From the NCBI GenBank assembly GCA_043228905.1, contig JBHGNT010000007.1:21700001-21764000 (forward strand): a DNA stretch of 64,000 bases, written 5' to 3'. The first letter of the stretch is position 1. Every line of letters begins with the position of its first letter. This stretch comes from Azolla caroliniana (taxonomy: Eukaryota > Plantae > Polypodiophyta). The notes beneath the pieces are model-generated. The model did not search any database. It was not told the DNA's origin and saw only the letters and a program-made list of their open reading frames with translations. The translations under genes and the position numbers were made by a program. This document shows positions 1 through 13,689 of the stretch, piece after piece.

Positions 1-665
1 TTCTTGGTTGAAATTTAGCCATTAAGGAATAGTAAGAAAACTAGGATCAAAGCATGCTACATTGCCACATGTATTTCAAAAAACCATCAAGGCATACACC
101 ATTGCCAAAATGGGTTTCGGTAAGGGATATTGCTGCATGTCTCATCAAATGGACAAAGTGAAATTAATGAATAGATAGTGAAAGCCAACAATGAGGCAAT
201 CAAATGGCTTATCTGCCAAGGGAACATCAATGTGCGACATATTTAAGTCCCATTTCCATTTGACAATTCTCTATATTCCATTCCATTAATTTGGATTGAT
301 TGAGCTGACCTTATACTCACCAAACTTCATTACATGAACCCCAACAAAAATACCAGCCTTGTAACCGATTGTGTTACACTTAATGTGTATATCATGATAG
401 ATTTGGTGTGAACATAGTTGGGCAACTCTTGTGTGTCCAGCTATCAAAAAAACAGAAAATATCCCAAAAAACAAACAGAAAATATCATAATACCCCATCC
501 TTGTTGGTGCCCCAAATGTTTTCAAACATTGTGAGAGTACCCCTAAGTTTCAAAAAGAACATTTCAGGAATGGCCCTTATAGTACCAAATGCATTAAATC
601 GTTTGCACGTGACTAGCACTGCTTTGATCAAAAAAGCATTTTCATAAAACAAATAAAAAACATAC

Positions 666-1661
666 CGTAGCCTGGGATGTGAAACTAAACACTCGATCCT
701 CAAATGCAAGATCTGCTTTCACCTCTTCTTCATCCTCAAATATCCGCAAAAGCATTTCCTTCATTGTTCTGCTCATGCCACGTTCAGGCAAATCTGGAGG
801 GACACGAGGAAATCCTCCTTTCTCCCAATCGGAAGACGTTGGAGAATACCAACCAATATCTTTACTACCCATATAACTACTATAATCACCCCAACTATTA
901 TCAAGCCAATCTTCCCAGTTATCACTATCTGGATCACTGCCCCTCATTTGAGAATCTCTTAACTCATTTCGAGATTCTCTTCGCCGTTGCCATGCTGCAA
1001 AGCTTTCGTCATCTGCTAGCATCCTGTCAATATCGTCCTTGCACCAACTCTTTTTATCTTTCCCTTTGTTACCAGTAACAGACTCACCAGAATCTTGACT
1101 AGATTCTTCTTCCGGAGATATAAATTCTTCATCATCTGGAAAGTCTTTACTATCAAAAGGTTCGAATAAGAAATCGTCCCACCAACTTTTACTGGTTTCT
1201 CCTCCACCCTCAGCTTTTACCCGAGATAACAATTCCCTTGAGGGTTGCTGTTTCCATAAATTTCCGAAATCTCGAGGGTATAGGCAAAAACCAAATTGGC
1301 TGGCATTTGTTAATCCTAATTGTGTTTGATTCACATGAAATTGGATTGAACGTGTATATATACTTGAGCAGAGAGCCAGTGTAGAGTCAAACCTTGGAAA
1401 AGATGGATAATAACAACTCTTCAATGCATGGAATCTAAGATGCCCACCTGACTGTATGGAAGATATGATTGAATTCCTCACACAGACCAGATTTTCTCTC
1501 CTCCTTGCAGAACATGTGGTTATTGAGCCACATGGATGGTTAGAACACAAATCCTCATCATAGAAAGGGTGAGGTTTAACAAGATTATGTTGTTCTCTTT
1601 CACTTAATCTGCTTCTTGCAAGAGGTACGGGTGGGCTCCATTGTGAAAGCAATGGTCTCAT
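666..1661 (-). CDS. DLDG1: First coding exon of a nuclear CemA/Ycf10-like chloroplast envelope protein (DLDG1/At4g31040-like); downstream exons not found in the window
   Basis: 339-aa ORF with a transit-peptide-like N-terminus, an acidic/Trp-rich region and the motif PERGMSRTMKEMLLRIFEDEEEVKADLAFEDRVF, recalled from plant CemA-like proteins. Donor ACG|GTATG at 666/665. An acceptor CAG lies just 5' of the ATG (1663-1665), and a probable 5'UTR exon donor CAG|GTTCT is near 1856. Confidence 0.75.
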
Positions 1662-2042
1662 ACTGACACATCATGATATACCATGAATTCATTCATCAAC
1701 AACAATTATACACACTTTCTTGTGTGTGAGTTTTGTATATGTGCATACATAAACTTTCTTTTTCATCGATGCTTAGGAAACGAAATTTAAATGCTTCAGA
1801 AAAGAAGAAGGCATTTGGCTTCCTTTTCTTTTTGTCTTTAAATGAATATAAGAACCTGAATTGTAGAGGAACTGCGGAGCTGCAGAACAGAGGAGGAGGG
1901 GGAGGGGGAGGAGGAGACGAAGATGATGAAGAAGAGGATCTTCTGAGTTTAGGGTTTGTTGATATCTTCTAAGATGAAGGGAAGACGTGGCCTGCATCTT
2001 CCCCAGACATCGAACTTTTAAGGTACATCACATCTCTCTCTG

Positions 2043-2145
2043 TTCTTCTTCTTCTTCTTCTTCTTCTTCTTTCTTCTTTCTTCTTCTTCTTCTTCCACCT
2101 CCTCCTCTTCTTCTTCTTCTTCTTCTTCTTCTACTTCTTCTTCTT
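2043..2145. repeat. (CTT)n microsatellite
   Basis: Imperfect CTT tract read directly. Confidence 0.95.
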
Positions 2146-2269
2146 ATTTAGCCCCAATACATAATATGATCAATATATATAATATTTGTGCATTATTAGC
2201 CCCCTATTATCAATGAAATGATAAATAATACCATCATCACACAAATGGCCATGGATGAAACCCTCACAA

Positions 2270-2270
2270 T

Positions 2271-2317
<47 letters not shown>

Positions 2318-2400
2318 CAATATGTATGTATGTATGTATGTATGTATATATCAATATGTATGTATGTATGTACGCATGTATGTATGTATATACATATACA
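2270..2400. repeat. (TA)n/(TATG)n compound microsatellite
   Basis: Read directly; it explains the spurious YVCM ORFs. Confidence 0.95.
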
Positions 2401-2442
2401 AATATCTAATACATTCGCATGGAAGATGAGAGGCCTTGCGTC

Positions 2443-2494
2443 GGCCCAAGAAACCCTAAAATTCTTCCCACATGTCGGCCCACGAAACCCTAAA
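2443..2494 (+). promoter_or_regulatory. Two tandem site II (GGCCCA) + telo-box (AAACCCTAAA) modules upstream of the CemA-like gene
   Basis: GGCCCAAGAAACCCTAAA (2443-2460) and GGCCCACGAAACCCTAAA (2477-2494); this is a known plant promoter motif pairing. Confidence 0.55.
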
Positions 2495-2713
2495 CAATTC
2501 CTTGGATCTGTCATCTCGCCTCTTCTCTCCGGCAACACCTCCCCCCCCCCCCCCCCCACCGTCTATTATAATACCTGGCTGGAAAGCTCCCAAGAGACTA
2601 ACTTTTTACACCACACGTATTACATGTGTCGCACCCAACTACGAGATCATATGCATTCTCTAGAAGTGCCATCACAATCGCCCATTTCGTTGTTTTCTAT
2701 GCACCTTAATTCA

Positions 2714-3219
2714 TGTTACCTATAGGGGGATGTGAAGAGTGAAAGGGGCTGAAAGGCCGAAACAAGTATAGTAACCAGATAAAGCGTGGAAGCGGACCGA
2801 AGTTGAAGCCGAATAACAGATTGTAGTGTGAAAGTTGAAAATATCCATATGCCAAAATTATTATCGCCGAATTATGTAATAGAAAATGTAATGGCATGTC
2901 ATAGGACATTGTAACTATTAATTAGAAACGGGTTGTCGAATGGCAATGTAACTTCTTCCGTGCTTTTCCTATCAAAAGGGGCATGTGTATTGTGCAAAAA
3001 GGGGGCTTAATATATAGATAACTTTCGATTAATACATTGTCTATGTCTATTTTCATATTTGTGTGTTTCAAGTGAAGTATTGTGCAAAGCCGATCGGTTG
3101 TAGTCGATCCATCTGTTGACTCTTTGTTAGTGTTATTTCCATATCTCCTACAACTACCTTTGGTGAAGGGTATTCAGGGATTGAATATCCAACCCATGTT
3201 TACAAAGACGATGAACACA
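2714..3219 (+). mobile_element. Gypsy-type LTR followed by a PBS stub
   Basis: TGTTACCTATAGGGGG...GAACACA, then TTT-TGGCGAC. Homologous along its length to the inverted copy at 4044-4696. Confidence 0.8.
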
Positions 3220-3231
3220 TTTTGGCGACAA

Positions 3232-4696
3232 CAATGGGATAGCTTGACAAAATTTCGCTCAATCAATCAAAGGAGTCGAATTCTCCTTGGTTGTGATGAG
3301 AATATCAGTTAACTCCCTGGCCCTCCTGCGATAAGCCAAATTCAGAAATCTTCGACTCATCAGCGTCGACTGCGGCTAAACTTTGTGAGACATGGTTTGG
3401 TTGCCATGTCATAAGGAACACTCAAATATGCACTTCGGCATCAGGTTCATCATTGTATTTCGAATACAAGTACGACATTGTATCTTCCTCGTCAGCTCGT
3501 GGGCTTCCCGATGGTGTGTGTATTGGGGTCTCTACTACCGCAAGTAGCATTCAGATAGGGGTCGTTGCTACAGTTGGTGACATTTGTACAAGGGTCACTG
3601 TTGTGGCCGATGGCGTTCGTACCAAGTTCTCTGCTTCTTGTACGTCTGAAGTGACGTTAATGGGATGACGGGTTGATCAAACATTGTGTGTTGAACATGT
3701 CTTCGTCCGAACCGGAATTGCGAAGAGTCTCAAATCCGGAGAATGTGGTTAAATTGTCTTTCTGGCACTACTAACATTTGTAGAGTCATTTTGGTTGCTT
3801 CAAGGCCAACCATGTGACAATCATCGTCATTGTTATTGTCGTCATTTGAGTGAAATGTGTGTTCGGCTAACTGCCGAATACTTCTGGAAAACGACCTATC
3901 CTGTCAAACCGCCTCCGTCACTCTTTGGTATTCCTTCATAGCACCCTCTTGTCTTGTTCGGTTAGTGCATCGTCGATCTGTCTAGACAAGATCCATTCTC
4001 CTTTGTTCCTTGCCTCTCGCAGAATGAATCGTGGCCGCCAAAATGTGTTCATTGTCTCTGTAAACACGGGTCGGATATTTAATCCCTGTATACCCTTCAC
4101 CAAAGGCAACGGTAGGAGATATGGAAATAACACTAACAAAGAGTCCATAAACGAATTGGTTACAACCAATCGGCTCTGCACAATACTTCACTTATAACTT
4201 AAAACTTAGAAACACATAGATATCAAAATAGACACATACAATGTATTAATCAAAATTTTTATTTTTCTTTCGATGAATGGGTAAATACCCCATTTTTGTT
4301 GTAAACCAATTGTCTCATGGGCCAAATTTGGCCTAAGAAGACGTTAATATTTCTTTCTTTCTTTCTTTCTTTCTCTATATTAAGTCCCCTTTTTGTACAC
4401 TACACATGCCCCGGTGTATAGGAAAAGCATGGAAGAAGTTACATTGTCATTCAGAAAGTCGTTTCTAACTAATAGTTACAACGTCCTATGACATACCATT
4501 ACATTTTCTATTACATAATTCGGCAATAATATTTTCGGCCTATTGATATTTATGGCTTTCACACTACAATTTGTTATTCGGCTTCGACTTCATACCACGT
4601 CCATGCTCTATCCGACTACTATACTTGTTTTAGCCTTTTAGTCCTTTTCATACTCTAGTCGACCCTTTCACTCTTCATATCCCCCTATAGGTAACA
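3232..4696 (-). mobile_element. Truncated Gypsy: 5' LTR (4696-4044), PBS (TGGCGGCCACG), leader and decayed gag
   Basis: Reverse-complement LTR TGTTACC...GAACACA. Minus-strand translation gives gag-like YSKYNDEPDAEVHI*VFLMTWQPNHVSQSLAAVDADESKISEFGLS with stops. Confidence 0.75.
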
Positions 4697-4699
4697 CAC

Positions 4700-5210
4700 T
4701 CGTGGGACAGTGCTCTGCATGAAACATAGCATTTTTTGCCAAATAGATGGCACTCTAGCTATCACAACCAAGCATAGGTACATTTTCAAGAAAACCAAAC
4801 TCGCTGCAAAGACATGTTAACCATGTTGTTTCCTTGGAAGCCTCGATGACCGAAATATATTTAGCCTCGGTAGTGGACAAAGCAACAACCTTTTGCAACC
4901 TACTACACCATGATACAACACCACCTGCAAGTGTGAATCATAGCCACTTGTGGATTTCCATGTATCCACATCACTTGCCATGTTAGAGTCACATAAACCC
5001 TTCAGCTCTAATGATTCTTTTCCATAACATAGACATTTATTTTTTATTCCTTTTAAGTACCTCATAATGGACTTTATTGCATCCCAATGTGCCTTGCCCG
5101 AATTACCCATGAATCAACTTACAAACTCCCATTGCATAGGCAATATTAGGTCTAGTAGCAACCATTGCATAGATAAGTGAATGACAAACTGAAGCATAAG
5201 GTAAACCTTG
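4700..5210 (-). pseudogene. Copia RT/RNase H relic
   Basis: AHWDAIKSIMRYLKG...LKGLCDSNMASDVDTWKSTSGY, frameshifted. Confidence 0.85.
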
Positions 5211-5430
5211 CATGTCATTGATTGCTTCAAGAGGCAATCAAAGAAGCTTTGCATTAGCCATACAAAATCTTGGGACGAGATCACTCCCCATTGAGATTAG
5301 GGCCATAGAAAGGGTTGTTGAATACATGCATAAGGTTCAGAAAAGTCCCTCCATAGACTTCTTAGATATGCATAAAAAGCAAGTGGAAAGATCCAAAAGA
5401 CAAATAAAAGCAAATTTTTGTGTTCCAACA

Positions 5431-5822
5431 TGTTAGGAAACAGGTCCCTCCGGATGAGGAGTACCCGATGAGAACCGGATGATGAAGACCTGGTGAGAAC
5501 CGGATGAGGAGTACCCGGCTATGGATGACCCGGTGAGAACCGGATGATGAAGACCCGGTGAGAACCGGATGAGGAGTACCCGGCTACAGATGACCCGGTG
5601 AGAACCGGATGATGAGTGCCCGGCAAGCGCCGGATGATGCAAGCCTGGTGAAGAGTGATCACCGAATGAAGGGACATATTTGTAAATATGATTCTGAGAG
5701 TCCATCGGGGCTATATTTGTAAATAGCCGAAAAGTCATATTAGTATAAATATGACTTAGGGCAAACAGAGAACATAGTGGGTGTTGTCATTCTTGTTGGC
5801 GCAAGATTAGAGCGCAACAGTG

Positions 5823-5864
<42 letters not shown>

Positions 5865-8800
5865 AAGAAATGAAGAGGTCATTGCCTCTGTTGTAACCGC
5901 CACCTGTGGCGAAGATCATGAGCACGAGGTCGTTGCCTCCGTGAGCTCACTGTTGTAATCTTTGTGATATAGTGATAGTTCGCAGTCTGTGGGCTGCCGT
6001 GGTTTTTCCCCAGTTTGGGTTTTCCACGTAAACATCCTGTGTACTCTTTTCTCTCCTCTGTGTCGTGCATTCATTATCCATTTTTTTCTGTGTTTCGATT
6101 TTAGACTCGGTTGTGGCCGAGTGTGGCGGAAGGGAGCGTGCATTCCTATCAAAGTGGTATCAGAGCAAGGCAACACAGAAAAATGGACGATTCGTTGGGA
6201 GGCATGTTCAAGCTCACCGGCTCCAACTATTCGGTGTGGAAGTCGAAGATGAGGGACATGCTCGTGGTTAAAGACCTTTGGCTACCGGTTCAGTTCGGGG
6301 ACAAGAGACCGGACAAAATCGACGCCGCGATATGCGAGGTGATGCACATGAAGACAACGGCTTACATACGGTGCTTCATCGACATGAGCCTATACAACAA
6401 CTTCAATGAAGAGAGCAAGGCTCATGAGCTCTGGGAGAAGATCGACATTATGTTTCAAAACAAAAATGCTATCAATCAGGTTTTGGTATTTCGGAAGCTA
6501 GTAAGACTCCAGTACCAAGATGGCTCCAACATGGCAGAGCACATGAATGCCTTCCAGGGGCTGATTCACCAAGCAACATCATTGGAAGTACCTCTCACCG
6601 ACGGGGTACTAGCGCTACTCCTGCACGGTTCCCTCCCGGATAGCTGGGAGACGTTGGTTGTCACTTTGGGCAACGCCGGGCCGGAAGGGAAACGGTTATT
6701 CCTAGCAAGAGTGAAGTCGAGCTTGCTAGATGAGGAGGCGCATCGGAAAGATAAGGATACGAGCTCTGACTCCAAAGCGCTCCTTACCGAATCGGAACAC
6801 GGAAGACATAGAAATTGTAGTCCCCAGAACCGGGAAAAGTCGGGGACACGGTCAAAGTCAAGGGGGAGGCCTACTTGCTTCTATTGCGGCAAGCTGGGAC
6901 ACTTCAAGAAGAACTGTCGGCATTTCCGGAAAGACAAGGAAACCAACGGTACCGATTCGAAGCGGACACCGGACCGGAACGGTAAAGACCGGAGGGGGAC
7001 GGACTGGAAGGAAACGATGGCAATCGCGGCAAGTGAAGAAGAGTTGATGCTCATCACCGAGGAGAGTGAGATAAACCTTGCCGGCGACGAGATGACCTGG
7101 GTGGTCGACTCCGGAGCGTCATTCAACCTTACCCCGGACCAGAAATGCTTCTCATCCTACTCAGTCGGTGATCACGGCAGTGTCCGGATGGGGAATGAAG
7201 GTACATGCCGAATTGTTAGCGTAGGAGACGTGTGGTCGACAACACCAACTGGATGCAAGCTGCTGCTGAAGGATGTCCGACACGTTCCGGAGGTTCGTCT
7301 GAACCTGATATCAGTCGGTCGGCTAGATGATGAAGGCTACACGGGTAGCATCCGGAACGGTGTTATGAAGTTCAGCAACGGGAGCCAGATTGTGGTTCGG
7401 GCCCGGAAGGTAAACACACTGTGCCTGATGAATGCCCGGTTATGTCCGGAGGAAGTGAACGTGGCATCCGACACTACCGGTGAGCTGTGGCACAAGAGGC
7501 TGTGTCACATGAGCGAGAAGGGGATGAAGAGGCTTGCAGACGACAACCTCATTCTAGTGAAGAACGTGCACTTGGAGAAGTGCACTGATTGTCTGGCCGG
7601 AAAGCAAAACCAGACCTCCTTCCAACCAAGGCCACCGATGAGACGTAATGCACCACTGGAGTTGGTGCATACGGATGTGTGTCAAGTGGACACGAAGTCA
7701 CATGCAGGATCGCAGTACTTCGTGACGTTCATAGATGACCACAACCGGAAGCTATGGGCCACACTGTTGAAGACGAAGGATCAGGTGCTATCCATCTTCA
7801 AAGAGCTCCACGCGAGAGTGGAAAGAGAAACCGGCCGGAAGCTAAAGGTGGTTCGAGCAGATAACGGAGGTGAATATCGGGGGCAGTTCGAGGAGTACTA
7901 TCGCTCGAAGGGAATCCGGCTCGAATTTACCGTGTCGAAGATGCCGGAACTAAACGGGCTGGCCGAGAGGATGAACCAGACCATAATGGAGAGGGTCCGA
8001 AGTATGCTGGCGCATGCAAAACTACCCAAGAAGTTTTGGGCTAAGGCACTGTCGACGACGACATATGTGATAAATAGATCACCCTCAATACCCTTGGACG
8101 GAGACACGCCGCAGAGAGTATGGATCGGTAAGGAAGTATCCTACCGGCATCTGAAGGTATTCGGGTGTCTTTGCGTATGTGCATGTAGCTAAGGACCGGA
8201 GAGGAAAGTTAGATCCAAAGACCCGGCCATGCATATTCCTCGGTTACGACGACGATGAGTTTGGCTATCGAGTGTGGGACCTGGTCGACAAGAAGGTATT
8301 CCGGAGTCGAGATATTATCTTCATGGAGGACAAGACGCTCATTGACTGGGAGTCGGAAAAGAAGATAATGAATTCCGAATCGACCAGTAAGGATCGATTC
8401 TACGATGAGCAGACCCAATCGGCAAGAGACCGGTTAGCACTCGAGGAACCAGCCGGTTACGGTGAGGATACCGAACCGGCAGAAGAAGAAGTAGAGGAAG
8501 ATGAAACCAGAACCGGCCAAGACCCCAAATCGGATTCAGATGAAGAACAAATGGAGGAGCCGGTTACCAAAGCCCAGAGACGGAGATATCCTCTCAGAGA
8601 GAGAAGGCCCCCCCGGAGATTTCCGGATGCAGAGCATGTGCTGCTAACTGATGAGGGGGAGCCAGAAAGCTTCGAAGAAGCGAAGGATGACACCCACAAC
8701 CGCAAATGGTTAAGTGCCATGCAGGATGAGATGGATTCCCTGCATGAGAACCATACGTACGAACTGGTGGAGTTGCCAAAAGGAAAGCGGGCACTCCGAA

Positions 8801-10557
8801 ATAACTGGGTGTACAAGTTGAAACCGGGAGATGCCGGCAACCCCCCGAGATACAAAGCCAGGATCGTGGTGAAGGGGTTCCAGCAGAAGAAGGGCGTGGA
8901 CTTCGACGAGATATTTGCCCCGGTAGTAAAGATGACCTCCATCCGGACGGTGCTAAGTATAGCGGCAAGCATGGACCTCAAGGTAGAGCAGCTAGAGGTG
9001 AAGATGACATTCCTTCACGGTGACCTCGAAGAGGAGATTTACATGCAGCAACTGGAAGGACTTGTGGAGAAAGGGAAGGAGCACCTAGTATGCCGGTTGA
9101 AGAAGAGCCTGTACGGACTGAAGCAGGCTCCCCGACAATGGTATCGGAAGTTCGACTCCTTCATGACCGATCAAGGGTACCACAAGACGTAGGCCGATCA
9201 CTGTGTGTTTGTGAAGAAGTTCGAAGGAGGCGACTTCCTAATACTCCTGTTGTACATGGACGACATGTTGATCGTCGGACGGGACTAAGCCAAAATACGG
9301 ATGCTGAAGAAGGCTCTCAACCGGACCTTCTCAATGAAAGACTTGGGTCCGGCAAGACAGATGCTAGGGATGCATATTATTCGGAACCGGTCAATGAAGC
9401 AATTGTGGCTATCACAAGAGATGTACGTGACAAAGGTGCTTCAGTGGTTCAACATGTCAGAAGCGAAATTGGTCGGATCGACACTCCCGACAAACTGCAA
9501 ATTATTCGGTAAGCAAAGCCCGAAGACGAAAGCAGAGAAGGCTAATATGATGAAGGTTCCATATGCCTTTGCCGTCGGGAGCTTAATGTACGCAATGATG
9601 TATACCCGACCGGATATAGGATACGCAGTCGGAGTGGTGAGCCGGTTTATGAGCAATCCCGTCAAGGAGCACTGGAACGCGGTCAAATGGATACTTCGGT
9701 ACTTGAAGGGCACTTCGAATATGTGTCTCCGATTCGGCTCCGGAAAACCTCAACTTGACGGTTTTACCGATTCGGACGTGTCGACTGATGTGGATACTAG
9801 CCGGTCTACATCCGGGTATGTTATGACATATGCAGGGGGAGCTGTTTCGTGGCAGTCGAGGCTACATAAGACAGTTGCGTTGTCAACCACAGAGGCAGAG
9901 TACATGGCGGTTGTGGAAGCCGACAAGGAAATATTATGGATGAAGGACTTCATCGGAGACCTCGGTATCCGGCAAGATGAATACATGCTCTATTGCGACA
10001 GTCAAAGTGCCATCCACCTTGCTAAGAATGCGGCCTACCATTCCCAGACGAAGCATATCCAACGAAGGTATCACTGGATCCGGGAAAGAGTAGATGACCA
10101 GGAGTTCGCGCTGACGAAGATCCACACGACCGAGAACGGGTAAGATATGCTCACCAAAGTACTGACACCTGACAAGTTGGATGCATGTCGGAAGCGGGTC
10201 GGACTAGTAAGACACCCCATGCCGGAGTGAAGGGGGAGTTTGTTAGGAAACAGGTCCCTCCGGATGAGGAGTACCCGGCTACGGATGACCCGGTGAGAAC
10301 CGGATGAGGAGTACCTGGCTATGGATGACCCGGTGAGAACCGGATGATGAGTGCCCGGCAAGCGCCGGATGATGCAGGCCTGGTGAAGAGTGATCACCGA
10401 ATGAAGGGACATATTTGTAAATATGTTTCTGAGAGTCCATCGGGGCTATATTTGTAAATAGCCAAAAAGTCATATTAGTATAAATATGACTTAGGGCAAA
10501 TAGAGAACATAGTGGGTGTTGTCATTCTTGTTGGTGCAAGATTAGAGCGCAACAGTG

Positions 10558-10612
<55 letters not shown>

Positions 10613-10898
10613 AGAAACGAAGAGGTCATTGCCTCTGTTGTAACCGCCGCCTGTGGCGAAGATCGTGAGCACGAGGTCGTTGCCTCCGTGAGCTCACTGT
10701 TGTAATCTTTGTGATATAGTGATAGTTCGCAATCTATGGGCTGCCGTGGTTTTTCCCTAGTTTGGGTTTTCCACGTAAACATCCTGTGTACTCTTTTCTC
10801 TCCTCTGTGTCGTGCATTCATTATCCGTTTTTTTCTGTGTTTCGATTTTAGACTCGGTTGTGGCCGAGTGTGGCGGAAGGGAGCGTGCATTCTTGTCA
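5431..10898 (+). mobile_element. Full-length Ty1/Copia LTR retrotransposon (Tnt1/Tork-like), defective
   Basis: LTRs 5431-6151 and 10241-10898 (TGTTAGG...CA). PBS TGGTATCAGAGC (tRNA-iMet) at 6155. PPT GAGTGAAGGGGGAG before the 3' LTR. TSD CAACA/CAATA (4 of 5 match). Confidence 0.95.
6183..10230 (+). pseudogene. Copia gag-pol (gag, CCHC knuckle, protease, integrase, RT, RNase H), disrupted
   Basis: CFYCGKLGHFKKNC, WVVDSGAS, LELVHTDVC, RYKARIVVKGF, SLYGLKQAPRQW, LDGFTDSD. Frameshift near 8170 and in-frame stops at 9190, 9286 and 10141. Confidence 0.93.
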
Positions 10899-11199
10899 CA
10901 ATATGATGTAAGATATGGAAATTTATATGGTTTGGAAGATGGGATGCAACACACTTGCTTCACATTGAGATCATGGCCATGGATAGGGTTGTTAAATACA
11001 TGCTTAAGGTTCAAAAATGTCCTTCACATCGAGGAAGCGTTGAAATCCTATGAGCATCGAAACACTTTTCCATTCATAGTAAGTTGAGTGTTAAAAGCTT
11101 CAAAATGAAGTTTATACTTGTCATAACTCAAAATAAGGATAAATTATAGAAAGCATTAGATACCTTGGACTTGAAGTTCCCTCGAATCATGTACAGAAA

Positions 11200-12600
11200 G
11201 AATGTGTCACTCATCAGCTGGAAGTGAGAAAGATGACATTTAATACATTTGAGAACACATGCAACGCAAGAGAAACCAAATATTAGTTTATTAAAAATAC
11301 CTCTTTGACTATTTAGGACTGAAGTATGTAGTCATTGCATCCTTAAGTTCACTTGGATATAACTTGAAAATGTTCAAAGTGTTTTGTTATTAAGTTTCTT
11401 CAAGTCAAGATGTTATACATTATTTTACTACTCGAGTCTAGATTACTTCTCATTGCAATCACGGGCATTGAAAGTGTTGTGAGTACATGCTCAACCTTGT
11501 AAAAAGAATCCCTTACATTGACTCCCTAAAATTCAAAAGAAAGTAATAGATTTCAAGATATCTAAAACACTAAATTCTAAGTTTTGAATGAATGCAATAT
11601 ATAAAGAAATGGTTTGGAATATGGGATGCATTGCACTTCCTTCAATGATTGCCAATAGATTCCAATTTGAATGGTGTATCATCACTTGGGAAATATGTAG
11701 ATGCTCACATTTCAAACATTATATCTCATATGTTGCACCAATTGGCATAGCCATCTTCTTCTCTAGACAATGAAATCACACTCACCAATATATGTTTGCA
11801 CCATTCCCTTTGTCACCCATTCACACCATTGCTTCGATAGGACCTAGTTCAAATTGTCTTTGATGTGAGGTGGAGCATTGGAGCAAGCAAGAAGACTTGT
11901 AGACTATGCATGTTTTACATTGAACAACTTTGTGGGTCTTAGTATTACATATTGACACAATGGTCCGCCTTTAATAACATTCAAGTTTTTTTCCACATTA
12001 ATGCCAATCATGTCAAATCCCTATACATATTTCTCTCATAGTCACTATGTGCACTCTTAATTGCAACGCTCATCAACAAAATTCATGAACACTGTGAATT
12101 TCTTCGATTTTACCTCTATTGACAATTAAACAAAGTACATAGGTTTCCCCATGCTCCCATTTGACACATTCACATCTCATATGTTGCAAACATGGAGTGA
12201 TGCATATTGCATGTTGCAGCCTTGCAAGACAATGTATGACATGAGTTGCACCTTCGTCTCATCTTGCATAATCCATAGGGTGGCCTCCAATGTAACTCTA
12301 ATATCCTTATCCTACATGGTATTGATGCATGTTGTGTTTCTATTATACAAAGTTACTTGGGTCAAGCTTCTCAATAGGAAGAGTGCTTCCCATTTGCATG
12401 CTCTTCTTATTTGTGGCGATTTCTTCTTGTCTCCATTTTCCTTTGATCTTCATAATGCACTAAATGTGGTGGAGGTCTTCCATGCACAAGTTATAAAAGG
12501 TCACAATATGGTAGCATGGTTGACCACATCAAAGCACATAAGCTAGTTCTTTGATGAACTCGAATGACTTTGAGAATAACACACAAGCAAAGGAGGGATA
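11200..12600 (-). pseudogene. Highly decayed Copia gag-protease relic, same family as the elements at 14894 and 58076
   Basis: Minus strand near 12390-12290 reads about MQMGSTLPIEKLDPSNFV..HNMHQYHVG*GY*SYI, matching MNTQMGSALPTEKLDQNNF..KMHQYLVGQGYWNYI. An LDS-like protease remnant lies near 11435. Confidence 0.6.
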
Positions 12601-12659
12601 TGTCGACAAATAACCCTCATGCTCAACAACGTCTCAAGGAGATTGTTACTATTTTGATG

Positions 12660-13680
12660 ATCCGAGGAAGGAAGATTATGGTAGACTGATGTGGAATCGT
12701 CAATTTGGCAAACGACATTGCAACATCCGGTGAGAGTGATTGGTAAATCTAGTAAAAGATGGATTTTAGATCCTTCTCCCTTTGATAATATGTTATTTTG
12801 CCAACTATGGCTTTTAAAAAAAAAGTCATTGTTGGACTTGCATTGGGATCCATTAGACTATCTTTGGAAACATACAGATCCTTTGTCTCATACTAAACTT
12901 TTTCATTTTTTCAATATTATGTGAAATTGGGACGAAAGTTGCTCTTAAGTAGGAAATTGCATCAACCATCCGCTATGAAAGTGTGGTTGGCGAATGGGGC
13001 CACTTTAATGGATGCATCTAAATATTGGAAGTGGTTATGTAATATGGAGTATGTAGATTCCCAGGAAGATTGTCCTTTTTCGTTGGTTATTGATCCATTA
13101 TGCACTACCAGTTTGGGCTTGGTTGCGACAACTAGATAGTAAGTCATATGGTTTTGGTTGTGGATGTATGATGGAATCAATTAAGCATGTATTGTGGTCT
13201 TGTCCTAAAATTATGTAAGTATGGCAGAGAGTATTAAGGTTGTTGATATTGATACATGCTAATTGTGTGATCACTTGGGGTGCGGTTAGGTGGGGCATTC
13301 TAGAGGGACAACTCTTGTTATATGAAAATGAGGATATAGTGGAAGCCTTTCACATAGTTCCTCCTCATATACAAATGGTTCAACCTTTTATAAGTGATAG
13401 TTTGCAATTTAGGGATGATATTATTTGGAAGACAATTTCATCGATTCTGATGTGGGTAATTTGGAAGGCGCAATGCACATCAATATTTGACAATGCCACT
13501 TAGGATGGTTATGTTATAATTGCTGAATTCTGGTTGTTACTTGTTCATACATTACATGGTCAGTATGAAAGTTTCATAGGCAATGTTGATGCCATTTTCA
13601 GGAAGCAAATGCATTTTAAAAGGTTATGGGACTCTATTTTTAGGGAAGATGGAGATCACATAATTTGGATGTATATTGTT
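12660..13680 (+). mobile_element. L1-type LINE 3' relic (zf-RVT region)
   Basis: C..C...ESIKHVLWSCP...VW and IWKTISSILMWVIWKAQCTSIF motifs, broken by stops and frameshifts. Confidence 0.7.
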
Positions 13681-13689
13681 CTCGTCATT

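Larger units (their letters stand above)
5212..11090 (+). mobile_element. Decayed LINE 3' region (5212-5430 and 10899-11090) split by the Copia insertion
   Basis: LPIEIRAIERVVEYMHKVQKSP on the left and WFGRWDATHLLH-like sequence on the right resemble post-RT regions of RTE-like LINEs. Confidence 0.45.

Noticed and set aside
1-640. Next exon of the CemA-like gene
   Set aside because: No expected AKF..LI..PW-type sequence with splice sites was found; treated as intron.
2218-2725. ORFs rich in YVCM/IHTY (also at 21555-21989 and 47038-47361)
   Set aside because: Translations of TA/TATG/CA microsatellites.
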